Assembly (NCBI GenBank): GCA_013297695.1
Contig: JAAFHX010000003.1
Span: forward strand, 1 to 59,601
Source: Rhodobacterales bacterium
GTDB taxonomy: Bacteria > Pseudomonadota > Alphaproteobacteria > Rhodobacterales > Rhodobacteraceae
Length of the DNA stretch: 59,601 nt
Direction: 5' to 3'
The notes below the pieces were generated by a model. The model was given only the letters and a program-made list of their open reading frames with translations, was not told the origin of the DNA and made no database searches. The translations under genes were made by a program, and so were the position numbers. Below, piece after piece: positions 50,028-58,885 of this stretch. Numbering within the stretch: the first letter of the stretch is position 1; the number at the start of each line of letters is the position of its first letter.

Positions 50028-50762
50028 TCAGGGGGCAGGAAGCGGGGCGGGAAGCGGCGTCAGCAGGTCGCGGTTCAGCGCCGGGTCCGGCCAGTACTTC
50101 GTGCCTGCCGCCGTCGCCCCGACACGCCAGCCCTTGCGCCCCAGAACAAAGATCGACCGCCCGTCGGTAAACCGCAGCACCTCTTCGGCCTTGTCGTCGC
50201 CGGCCACCGCCACCGCCTGTGCGCTGGCATCCAGGCCCTGCCGCACGAAAATCTCGAAATCCACCGACGTTTCGAACAGAAAGACCACCTGGCTTTCGAA
50301 CCCGCCGATGCCGAAGGCAAAGCCGACCCCGCCCGTTGCCATGCGCATGTAGGTCGGCTGCCCCGGCGGGCGCGACATCGCCATGCCCCGCCCGAAGCCC
50401 GCCGTGATGCCCAGCAGCGTCGACCGGCGCGTGTCGAACACGGCAAAGCCCGCGCTTCTCTCGAACTGCGCCTTCGCCGCCGGGTTCTCGGCAAACAGGC
50501 GTTGCAGCGTCGCAAGGGCCATGTTGTCCAGCGTGGCCCGCGTTTCGGCCGGTGTCGCCTCGCCCTGCGCCAGTTGCACCGCCGAGGCGACCGACTGATC
50601 CACTGCCCGCGCCGTGTTCTGGACCGCCGTGCCCGCCTGGCTGAGGCCGTTGGACAGCCGGTCGCGCAGCGATTGCGCCTCGACCATCGAGACGCCCGCA
50701 AGCATCAGTACCCCGGTCGCAACTCCGCACATCACGCGCATCCAGGGTCTCCTTGCCAGCAT
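50028..50762 (-). CDS. Exported Ysc84/SYLF-domain protein
   Basis: Signal-like N-terminus; GFAVF...GFGRG and GGVGFAFGIGG...VVFLF Ysc84-like pattern. Start uncertain. Confidence 0.7.
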   Translation of the reverse strand: MLARRPWMRVMCGVATGVLMLAGVSMVEAQSLRDRLSNGLSQAGTAVQNTARAVDQSVASAVQLAQGEATPAETRATLDNMALATLQRLFAENPAAKAQFERSAGFAVFDTRRSTLLGITAGFGRGMAMSRPPGQPTYMRMATGGVGFAFGIGGFESQVVFLFETSVDFEIFVRQGLDASAQAVAVAGDDKAEEVLRFTDGRSIFVLGRKGWRVGATAAGTKYWPDPALNRDLLTPLPAPLPAP

Positions 50763-50855
50763 CCCGCCCGCCACCTAACCGCCCGATATGCCGCCTGTGC
50801 AAGGGACTTGACCGTACCGGGACGGCAGGCCCGGCCCGGACAGGGCACAAGGGTC

Positions 50856-51626
50856 CTACAAGGTCCGTGTCGGCACGCGGTTTTCAAGCCAGCGGAACAA
50901 AAGCACGATGATCCCTGTCAGGATCATGTAGATCGCGGCCAGCAGGATCAGCGGTTCATACACGATGAAGGTATCTTGCCTCACCCGATTGGCCACCGCG
51001 TAGATGTCCACGACCGTGATCGTGGCGACCAGCGGCGTCGCCTTCAGTTGCAGCACCGTTTCGCCGCCAAGCGTCGGCAGGGCGCGCTGGATCGCAAGCG
51101 GCAGCCAGATGCGGCGCAGGATTGTCAGACGGGGCATGCCCATGGCCTTGGCCGCCTCCAGTTGCCCGCGCGGCACGCCCTTGAAGGCCCCCCGCATCAC
51201 CTCGCCCTCATACCCGGCAAATGACAGTGTCAGCGCCAGCACCGCATAGGGCCAGGCCTGCCGCAGGATCGGCCAGAGGTCGCTTTGCCGGATCCACGGA
51301 AACTGCGGAAACAGCGAACCCAGGCCGTAATACAGCAGCCACAGTTGCAGCAGCAGCGGCGTGCCCCGGATGATCGTGCAGAACAGCCGCGCAGGTGCGG
51401 CCAGAACCCAGGGCCCCTCGGCCATGGCCAGGCCAATCGGAATGGCCAGCGCCATACCCAGAACCGAGGTCACGATCAGCAGCCAGACCGTCCGCCACAG
51501 CCCCTGCGCCAGAAGCGGCAGGTATTCCGGCAGCCAGTCCCACCGCAACCGCAGCGCGCACCAGACCACCAGTGCCAGGGCCAGCGCCAGCATCACCACC
51601 CGGTGCGGCAGCATCCAGGCCTTCAT
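50856..51626 (-). CDS. Polar amino acid ABC permease (HisM-like)
   Basis: IRGTPLLLQL, GQLEAAKAMG EAA loop. Confidence 0.9.
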   Translation of the reverse strand: MKAWMLPHRVVMLALALALVVWCALRLRWDWLPEYLPLLAQGLWRTVWLLIVTSVLGMALAIPIGLAMAEGPWVLAAPARLFCTIIRGTPLLLQLWLLYYGLGSLFPQFPWIRQSDLWPILRQAWPYAVLALTLSFAGYEGEVMRGAFKGVPRGQLEAAKAMGMPRLTILRRIWLPLAIQRALPTLGGETVLQLKATPLVATITVVDIYAVANRVRQDTFIVYEPLILLAAIYMILTGIIVLLFRWLENRVPTRTL

Positions 51627-52375
51627 CGTCCGCCCCGCGCGGCGCCGGGCTCGCCCCGCCTTGCCCACCGTTCGGCCCGGGCGAACAGGCGGCCCGAGAC
51701 CAGGGTGATGACAAGATACAGCGCCCCCGCAGCCAGAAAGAACGTGAAATAGTGCTTTGTCGCGCCCGCCGCCTGCTTGGTCTCCAGCGTCAGCTCGGCA
51801 AAGCCCACCACCGCCAGCAAGGCCGTATCCTTGGTCGCGATCAGCCACAGGTTCGCCAGCCCCGGCAGGGCAAAGGCCAGCATCGCAGGCAGCGTGATGC
51901 GCCGCGCCAGCTTCATGGGCGGCATGCCCATGGCGCGCGCGGCCTCGATCTGCCCCGGCGGCACGGCCAGAATGGCCCCGCGCAGCACTTCGGTCGCATA
52001 GGCGCCCTGGACGATGCCCAGCACCCCGATGCCCGCCGCAAGCCCCGAAATCTGGATGCGGTCAAACCCTGCGTTGACCAGTGCCTTGTTCAAGGCATCG
52101 GTCGCGGCATAGTACAGGATCAGGATCAGGATCAGTTCCGGAACCGCCCGGACGATGGTGGTATAGATCGCCAGCAGGTCCCGGGTGACCGGCCCGCCAT
52201 ACAGCTTGCCGTAAGCCCCGAAGATGCCGATCACCAGCCCCAGCCCGAACGCGCCAAGCGCGATCTGGATCGAGTTTGCCAGCCCGCCCAGCAGGTTGCC
52301 CCCCCAACCGGGGGGGCTTAACGCCAGCAGGTCCAGCGTCTGCTGCAGCCCGAGCGCCTCGATCAGCGCCTGCAA
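51623..52375 (-). CDS. Polar amino acid ABC permease (HisQ-like)
   Basis: YTTIVRAVPEL, GQIEAARAMG, KDTAL. Confidence 0.9.
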   Translation of the reverse strand: MQALIEALGLQQTLDLLALSPPGWGGNLLGGLANSIQIALGAFGLGLVIGIFGAYGKLYGGPVTRDLLAIYTTIVRAVPELILILILYYAATDALNKALVNAGFDRIQISGLAAGIGVLGIVQGAYATEVLRGAILAVPPGQIEAARAMGMPPMKLARRITLPAMLAFALPGLANLWLIATKDTALLAVVGFAELTLETKQAAGATKHYFTFFLAAGALYLVITLVSGRLFARAERWARRGEPGAARGGR

Positions 52376-52378
52376 CCG

Positions 52379-53149
52379 TCAGTTCCCGTAGATCGAGGAT
52401 TTGAAGTAGGGCGCGCTGATCTTTTCATATGTTCCGTCGGCCAGCACCTTTGCAATGCCGTCGTTGATCTTGGCCAGCAGTTCGGTATCACCCTTGCGCA
52501 CCCCCGCCCCGACACCTGCACCCAGAATTTCGGCGTCATAGGCCAATGCGCCCGCAGACTCGCAGCAGGCCTGCCCGGTGTCGCTGGCCAGGAATGCCTC
52601 GGTTGCGATGCTGTCGGCTTCGGTGGCGTCGATGCGCCCGGCTGCAAGGTCCTGGAACGCCTCGTCCTGGGTCTGGTAGACCTTGACCTCGGCCACCACG
52701 CCCGAAAAGTGCTTCTGCACATAGTCGGCATGGGTGGTGGAGCCCTGAACACCGATGATCTTTCCGGTCAGCCCCGCCGCATCCGGAGTGATGCCCGCGC
52801 CCTTGGCCACCGACAAAAGCGCGGGCGTCTGATAATATTTGTCCGAAAAGTCAATGGTCTGCTTGCGCTCGTCGGTGATCGACATCGACGCCATGATCGC
52901 GTCGATCTGCCCCGAGGTCAGCGCCGGAATGATGCCGTCCCAGGCGACCGGGGTGATGGCGCACTCCATCGCCTCGGCGGCGCAGACAGCCTTGATGAAA
53001 TCGACTTCCCATCCCGTCCAGTTGCCCGAGGCATCCGGGACCGCGAAAGGCGGATAGGGCTCGGCGGCGATGCCGATCTTGACCGGATCGGCCAGCGCCA
53101 TTCCCGAAAGGCCGACAGCGGCGGCCAGCGCAAGCAGTGCGGTTCTCAT
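52379..53149 (-). CDS. Polar (basic) amino acid ABC substrate-binding protein
   Basis: Signal peptide, EPYPPF, WDGIIPAL, SMSITDERK, GVQGSTTH. Confidence 0.92.
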   Translation of the reverse strand: MRTALLALAAAVGLSGMALADPVKIGIAAEPYPPFAVPDASGNWTGWEVDFIKAVCAAEAMECAITPVAWDGIIPALTSGQIDAIMASMSITDERKQTIDFSDKYYQTPALLSVAKGAGITPDAAGLTGKIIGVQGSTTHADYVQKHFSGVVAEVKVYQTQDEAFQDLAAGRIDATEADSIATEAFLASDTGQACCESAGALAYDAEILGAGVGAGVRKGDTELLAKINDGIAKVLADGTYEKISAPYFKSSIYGN

Positions 53150-53174
53150 GTGGTTTCCCCTTGGTCGTCCCGTG

Positions 53175-53957
53175 TTACCCCACGGATTTCAGAAACTGCT
53201 TCAGGCGGTCCGACCGTGGCGCGCCGAACAGCGCGTCGGGCGGACCCTCTTCCTCGACCACCCCGTTGTGCAGGTAGATGACGTGGTTTGCCACCTCGCG
53301 GGCAAATTTCATCTCATGCGTGACCAGAATCATTGTCCGCCCCTCGGCGGCCAGGTCGCGGATCACGTTCAGCACCTCGCCCACCAGTTCGGGGTCGAGC
53401 GCAGATGTCGGCTCGTCGAACAGCATGGCGCGCGGTTCGATGGCCAGCGCCCGCGCGATGGCGGCGCGCTGCTGCTGGCCACCCGACAGGAAGGCCGGAT
53501 AAGTGCCGCTTTTCGCCGAAAGACCCACGCGGGCCAGCAGCTTCTCGGCCCGCGCCACGGCCTCGGCCTTCGGCACGCCCAGCACATGCACCGGCACCTC
53601 GATCAGGTTTTCCAGAATGGTCTTGTGCGACCACAGGTTGAACTGCTGGAACACCATGCCCAGCCGTTGCCGCGCCTGTTCGATCTGGCGGCGGCTTGCG
53701 GGCGTGCCGTCGGGACGCAGGGCGATTTCCTCGCCGCCGATCACGATCCTGCCCGAGGTGGGGGTTTCCAGAAAATTGATGCAGCGCAGCATCGTCGATT
53801 TGCCCGACCCCGAGCCGCCGATGATCGCCACCACATCGCCTTCACAGGCGCGCAGGCTGACGCCCTTTAGCACCTCCAGCGTTCCGAAGGACTTGCGCAG
53901 CGCGTCGATGCGGATGGCCTCGGGTCGGTCGGACCGGATCGGGGATGGTGCTGTCAG
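53175..53957 (-). CDS. Polar amino acid ABC ATPase (HisP-like), probable CTG start
   Basis: GGSGSGKST, LSGGQQQR, FDEPTSALDPE; conserved AIRIDALRKSFG lies upstream of the first GTG (53873), and the only plausible start with an RBS is CTG at 53957. Confidence 0.8.
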   Translation of the reverse strand: MTAPSPIRSDRPEAIRIDALRKSFGTLEVLKGVSLRACEGDVVAIIGGSGSGKSTMLRCINFLETPTSGRIVIGGEEIALRPDGTPASRRQIEQARQRLGMVFQQFNLWSHKTILENLIEVPVHVLGVPKAEAVARAEKLLARVGLSAKSGTYPAFLSGGQQQRAAIARALAIEPRAMLFDEPTSALDPELVGEVLNVIRDLAAEGRTMILVTHEMKFAREVANHVIYLHNGVVEEEGPPDALFGAPRSDRLKQFLKSVG

Positions 53958-54003
53958 CTTGGCCGCTCCAGAATATTGGTCATTGAAGCTAGACCTTCTC
54001 CAT

Positions 54004-54027
54004 GTAATTATACAAGCGAATAATTAC
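54004..54027. promoter_or_regulatory. Putative TetR operator
   Basis: GTAATTAT-ACAAGCGA-ATAATTAC palindrome between the divergent ABC and TetR genes. Confidence 0.7.
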
Positions 54028-54038
54028 GGGAAGAGGAC

Positions 54039-54698
54039 ATGTCGGGCGAACGGCGGAAATTTCGGCGCGAAGGCGAGGCGGCACGGCGCGAAGCGCTGAT
54101 TTCTGCGGCACTTGACCTTGTTGCCGAAAGCGGGCCGCAGGCCGCCACCGTGCGCGCGATTGCCGACCGGGCCGGGGTCACGCCCGGCCTGATCCGCCAC
54201 TACTTTGCCAGCAAGGGCGAACTTGCGCGCGCCGCCTTCCGCACCCTGATGGACCGGCTGAACGCGATCAGCGATGCGGCCATCGGCGACCCCGGGATGA
54301 CGGCCGAACAGCAACTGGCGACCTTTGTGGTGACATCGTTGCGACCGCCCTCGGTCGACCCCGAGGTTCTGACCCAATGGGCCGGTTTCATCCACATGAT
54401 CCGCAGCGATGACGCCCTGCGATCGGTGCATGAGGCAACCTATGTCGCCTATCGCGACCGGCTGGAGCGGCTGATCGCCGACCTTGCCCGAACCAACGAC
54501 CCTGCCCGCCTGCGCGCGCAGGCCATCGCCTGCAACGCGGTGATCGATGGGCTGTGGCTTGAAGGGTCCGCCCTGCCCTCGGCATTCGCCCCTGATGCGC
54601 TTGCCCGGATCGGGCTGGCTTCGGTCGGTGCGATCCTGGGGGTCGATCTGTTTCCCCATGCGCCCGATGACCTGATCCAGGAAGTGGACCCGACATGA
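54039..54698 (+). CDS. TetR-family regulator (BetI-like C-domain)
   Basis: ATVRAIADRAGVTPGLIRHYFASK HTH; AVIDGLWL. Confidence 0.9.
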   Translation: MSGERRKFRREGEAARREALISAALDLVAESGPQAATVRAIADRAGVTPGLIRHYFASKGELARAAFRTLMDRLNAISDAAIGDPGMTAEQQLATFVVTSLRPPSVDPEVLTQWAGFIHMIRSDDALRSVHEATYVAYRDRLERLIADLARTNDPARLRAQAIACNAVIDGLWLEGSALPSAFAPDALARIGLASVGAILGVDLFPHAPDDLIQEVDPT

Positions 54699-55885
54699 GA
54701 TTCGCCCCCATCACAGACCGTCTTGCGCATCTTGGCGGTGCGAAATGGGATATCCACAGCCGCGCGCGGCGGATGGCGGCCGAGGGCATTGCGGTGATCG
54801 AACTGACCATCGGCGAGCCCGACGTGCCCACCCCCCCGGCGCTGATCGACGTGGCCGAGGCGGCGATGCGGACCGGGCGCACCGGCTATTCCAGCGGCCG
54901 GGGCGAGGCGGCGCTGCTGTGTGCCCTGTCGCGGCGCTATACGGCACGCAGCGGGCGGACCATCGGCACCGATCAGATCCTGTGTCTGCCGGGCACCCAG
55001 ACATCGCTTTATGCCGTGCTGACCGCGCTGTTGCAGCCGGGTGACGAGGTGCTTCTGGGCGACCCGATGTATGCCGCCTACGAAGGTCTGATCGCCTCGA
55101 CCGGGGCCGCCATGGTTCCGGTGCCGCTGCATCCCGAAGCCGGGTTCCGGATGCAGGCCGAAGATGTCGCCGCCCGGATCACCCCCCGGTCGCGGGTGCT
55201 GTTCCTGAACAGCCCGCACAACCCCACGGGTGCCGTGCTGCGCGCGGATGACCTGGCGGCACTTGGGCGTCTGGCGATCCGCCACGATCTGTGGATCGTC
55301 TGCGACGAGGTGTACGAGGAACTGGTCTTTGCCGGAACCACCTTCCTGTCGCCGCTGTCCGATCCGCGTCTGGCCGAGCGGGTGGTGGTTGTCTCGTCGA
55401 TCTCGAAGTCGCATGCGGCGCCGGGGTTCCGGTCGGGTTGGTGCGTGGGGTCTGCCGAATTCGCGTCACGGGTGCTGCCGCTGTCGGAAACGCTGCTGTT
55501 CGGCAACCAGCCCTTCATCGCCGACATGACCGCAAGGGCCGTCGCCGCCCCTTCACCCGTCGCCGCAGGAATGGCCGCGCGCTTTGCGGCGCGGGCAGAC
55601 CTGGTGCGGCGGCGGCTGGACGGCGTGGCAGGGCTGGCGGTCGGCCGCCCCGAGGCGGGGATGTTCGTGCTGATCGATGTGCGCGCCACCGGGCAGACGG
55701 GACGGGAATTCGCGCTTGGTCTGCTGGAGAAAGCCGGAGTGGCCGTGATGCCGGGCGAAAGCTTTGGCCAGGGTCTGGCAGGATGGGTCCGCGTCAGCCT
55801 GACCCAGCCCGACGCGGTGCTGGACATGGCCTGCGCCCGCATTGTCGCCCATGTGGGCGCGCGGCCCGAAAAGGCCATCGCATGA
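54695..55885 (+). CDS. aruH: Class I PLP aminotransferase, arginine:pyruvate transaminase-like
   Basis: LTIGEPD, NSPHNPTG, DEVYEEL, SISKSHAAPGFRSGW; adjacent to an AruI-like gene. Confidence 0.7.
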   Translation: MRFAPITDRLAHLGGAKWDIHSRARRMAAEGIAVIELTIGEPDVPTPPALIDVAEAAMRTGRTGYSSGRGEAALLCALSRRYTARSGRTIGTDQILCLPGTQTSLYAVLTALLQPGDEVLLGDPMYAAYEGLIASTGAAMVPVPLHPEAGFRMQAEDVAARITPRSRVLFLNSPHNPTGAVLRADDLAALGRLAIRHDLWIVCDEVYEELVFAGTTFLSPLSDPRLAERVVVVSSISKSHAAPGFRSGWCVGSAEFASRVLPLSETLLFGNQPFIADMTARAVAAPSPVAAGMAARFAARADLVRRRLDGVAGLAVGRPEAGMFVLIDVRATGQTGREFALGLLEKAGVAVMPGESFGQGLAGWVRVSLTQPDAVLDMACARIVAHVGARPEKAIA

Positions 55886-57438
55886 CAACGGTCGGTCAGG
55901 CACTGGTCGCGGGCCTCGCCGCGCGGGGGGTCGAAGTGGTCTTCGGCATTCCCGGCGTGCATACGATCGAGCTTTATCGCGGGCTGTCGGGCAGCGGGGT
56001 GCGTCATGTGACGGCGCGGCACGAACAGGGCGCAGCGTTCATGGCCGACGGCTATGCCCGCGTTTCCGGCAAGCCCGGCGTGGCCTTTGTCATCACCGGG
56101 CCGGGCCTGACCAATGCGCTGACCGCGATGGCGCAGGCGCGGGCCGACTCGATTCCGGTTCTGGTGGTTTCGGGCGTGAACCGGCGCGACAGTCTGGGGC
56201 GCGGCCTGGGCCACCTGCACGAACTGCCGGATCAGGCGGGGCTGGTGGCGGCGCTGTGCCCGACCTTTCGCATCGATGCCCCGCAGACGCTGGACCGCGT
56301 GCTGGACGCGGCCTTTGCCGCGCTGACCGCCGGCCGCCCCGGCCCCGTGCATGTCGAGGTGCCCATCGACGTGATGGCCCTGCCCTGCCCCGCCCCGGCT
56401 GCGCCGCAGCCCCCGCCCGCGCCCGCATTGCCGGACATGACCGAGGCCGCCCGTCGTCTGTCGGCCTCAACCCGCCCGGTGATCCTTGCGGGCGGCGGCG
56501 CGCGCCGTGCAGGGGGTGCGCTTCTGGTACTGGCCGAACGGCTGGATGCGCCGGTGATCCTGACGACCAATGCGCGCGGGCTGATGCACGCCCATCCGCT
56601 TGTCGTTCCCGCTTCGGCCAGTCTGAACGCCGTGCGGGCGCTGATCGCCGGGGCGGATCAGGTGCTGGCCGTGGGCACGGAACTGGGACCGACCGACTAT
56701 GACATGTATGGGCGCGGCGGCTTGCCCGACCTGTCGGGGATGATCCGGATCGACAGGGACGCCGGGCACCTTGATCGCCACCCGGCCGCGCTGACGGTGC
56801 ATGCGGACGCGGGGGCCGCATTGGCCGCCCTTCTGCCGATGCTTCACCAAGCCCGCAATGAAGGCGCAGCCCGCGCCGCCGCCGCCCGCGCCGCCGCCCG
56901 CGCCGAGCTGTCGGAACCGATGCAGGCACAGCTTGCCCTGCTGGACGTGCTGCGCGACGCCGTGCCGGGGGCGATCATCGTGGGGGACAGCACGCAGCCG
57001 GTCTATGCCGGAAACCTGTACCATGACCACGACCGCCCCGGCGGCTGGTTCAACGCGGCAACGGGTTACGGCGCGTTGGGCTTCGCCCCCGGCGCGGCAG
57101 TCGGCGCGGCACTGGCTGCACCCGGCACGCCGGTCATCTGCCTGATCGGCGACGGCGGCTTGCAGTTCAGCCCCGGCGAGCTGCGCACGGCGGTGGACGA
57201 AGCCCTGCCCGTGACCTTCCTTGTCTGGAACAACGCGGGCTTCCGCGAGATCGCCGAGAACATGCGCGACGCAGGCATCGAAGTGATCGGCTGTGCGCCT
57301 TCGCCCCTGAACATGGCCCCCTTTGCCGCCGCCTGCGACCTGCCCTTTGTCCGCATCACCCCCGACGCGCCGGCGCTGCGGCAGGCGCTTTTGGCACGCG
57401 GCCCCGGCCCGAACCTGATCGAAATCCGCGTTCCCTGA
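55882..57438 (+). CDS. aruI: ThDP enzyme, 5-guanidino-2-oxopentanoate decarboxylase-like
   Basis: FGIPGVHTIELY, RHEQGAAFMADG, LHELPDQ, TGYGALG, GDGG-N motif; ATGA coupling. Confidence 0.8.
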   Translation: MTTVGQALVAGLAARGVEVVFGIPGVHTIELYRGLSGSGVRHVTARHEQGAAFMADGYARVSGKPGVAFVITGPGLTNALTAMAQARADSIPVLVVSGVNRRDSLGRGLGHLHELPDQAGLVAALCPTFRIDAPQTLDRVLDAAFAALTAGRPGPVHVEVPIDVMALPCPAPAAPQPPPAPALPDMTEAARRLSASTRPVILAGGGARRAGGALLVLAERLDAPVILTTNARGLMHAHPLVVPASASLNAVRALIAGADQVLAVGTELGPTDYDMYGRGGLPDLSGMIRIDRDAGHLDRHPAALTVHADAGAALAALLPMLHQARNEGAARAAAARAAARAELSEPMQAQLALLDVLRDAVPGAIIVGDSTQPVYAGNLYHDHDRPGGWFNAATGYGALGFAPGAAVGAALAAPGTPVICLIGDGGLQFSPGELRTAVDEALPVTFLVWNNAGFREIAENMRDAGIEVIGCAPSPLNMAPFAAACDLPFVRITPDAPALRQALLARGPGPNLIEIRVP

Positions 57439-57507
57439 GGCTGCCCTTTCATGTGATCAAATTCCGGGGCATAACCCTCGGCGTTCCCCCTGACCTTCCG
57501 GTGACCG

Positions 57508-58878
57508 ATGCTGACCGAAACCGAAACCCCTGGCGGCGTACGCCCCGACCGGCTGGAGGCCTTTGCCGCGCGCGAGACCCGCCGTTTTGTCAACAGCCGC
57601 CCGAAGGCCCGCGCCGCACAGTCCGGCGCGGCGGCCTGGCTTGACGGGGTGCCGCTGCACTGGATGAAGGACTGGCCGCAGCCTTTTCCGGTTCTGGTCG
57701 AAAAGGCCAAGGGCGCGCGGCTGACCGATATCGACGGCTACGGGCTGGATGATTTCTGCCTGGGCGATACCGGCAGCCTGTTCGGCCATTCGCCGGAACC
57801 GGTGGCCCGCGCGATCCGGGCACAGGCGCGGCGCGGGCTGACCTATATGCTGCCGACCGAACGGGCAAACGAGGTCGGCCGCCTGCTGACCGACCGCTTC
57901 GGGCCGTTCCGCTGGCAGATCGCCACCACCGCGACCGATGCCAACCGCTTTGCCCTGCGCGTTGCCCGCGCGGTGACCGGGCGACCCAAGGTCCTGGTGT
58001 TCAACGGCTGCTATCACGGCACGGTGGACGACATTTTCGTGACCCTGAAGGACGGCAGGACCGTCAACCGCACCGGACTGCTGGGCCAGGTCGCCGACCT
58101 GAGCCTGACGGCCACCTGTGTCGAGTTCAACGACCTCGACGCCGTCGCTGCCGCGCTGGCCACGGGCGAGATCGCCGCCGTGCTGACCGAACCGGTGATG
58201 ACCAACTGCGCCATGGTCCTGCCTGCCCCCGGATTTCTGGCGGGCCTGCGCAAGCTGACGCGCGACCATGGCGCGGTGCTTGTCATCGACGAGACGCATA
58301 CCCTGTCGACCGGACTGGGCGGCTACACCGGCGTGCACGGGCTGGAGCCGGACATGTTCGTGGTCGGCAAGGCCGTGGCGGGCGGCATGCCTGCCGCCGT
58401 CTGGGGCATGACCGACGATATCGCGCGCCTTTACCGCGCCGCCAATGCCATGCGCGGGCCGGGCCATTCCGGCATGGGCACCACGCTGTCGGCCAACCCG
58501 ATGCAGTTCGCCTGCCTCGCCGCCACGCTGTCAGACGTGATGACCGCCGCGACCTACGCCCAGATGGAAAAGGGCGCAGACCGGCTGGCCCAGGGCCTGT
58601 CCGAGGCCATTGCGCGGCATGCCGCACCGTGGCACGTCGTCCGCGTCGGCGCGCGGGTGGAATTCATCTGCGCGCCTGGCCCATTGCGCAACGGCGCGCA
58701 GGCGCTGCGCGCCCATCATCCGGCGCTTGAAGCCGCCGTGCATACCGCATTGCTGAACCGGGGCTGCCTGATCGCGCCCTTCCACAACATGATGCTCGTC
58801 AGCCCCGCCACGAAGAAACGGCAGATCGACCGCCTGATCGCCGCCTTCGACGAAGTGCTGACCGACCTGTTCGACTGA
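57508..58878 (+). CDS. Class III aminotransferase (GSA-aminomutase-like)
   Basis: GVPLHW, DIDG, YHGTVD, VIDETHT, VGKAVAGG, GTTLSAN. Confidence 0.85.
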   Translation: MLTETETPGGVRPDRLEAFAARETRRFVNSRPKARAAQSGAAAWLDGVPLHWMKDWPQPFPVLVEKAKGARLTDIDGYGLDDFCLGDTGSLFGHSPEPVARAIRAQARRGLTYMLPTERANEVGRLLTDRFGPFRWQIATTATDANRFALRVARAVTGRPKVLVFNGCYHGTVDDIFVTLKDGRTVNRTGLLGQVADLSLTATCVEFNDLDAVAAALATGEIAAVLTEPVMTNCAMVLPAPGFLAGLRKLTRDHGAVLVIDETHTLSTGLGGYTGVHGLEPDMFVVGKAVAGGMPAAVWGMTDDIARLYRAANAMRGPGHSGMGTTLSANPMQFACLAATLSDVMTAATYAQMEKGADRLAQGLSEAIARHAAPWHVVRVGARVEFICAPGPLRNGAQALRAHHPALEAAVHTALLNRGCLIAPFHNMMLVSPATKKRQIDRLIAAFDEVLTDLFD

Positions 58879-58885
58879 GACCGCC

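Noticed and set aside
56860-56905. GCCCGCGCCGCC short tandem repeats in the aruI-like gene
   Set aside because: They encode an ordinary Ala/Arg helix (AARAAAARAAARAE) in GC-rich codons.
57508-58878. hemL call for the class III aminotransferase
   Set aside because: It lacks the GGVNSPVR and SGTEA hallmarks of HemL, and the context is amine catabolism.
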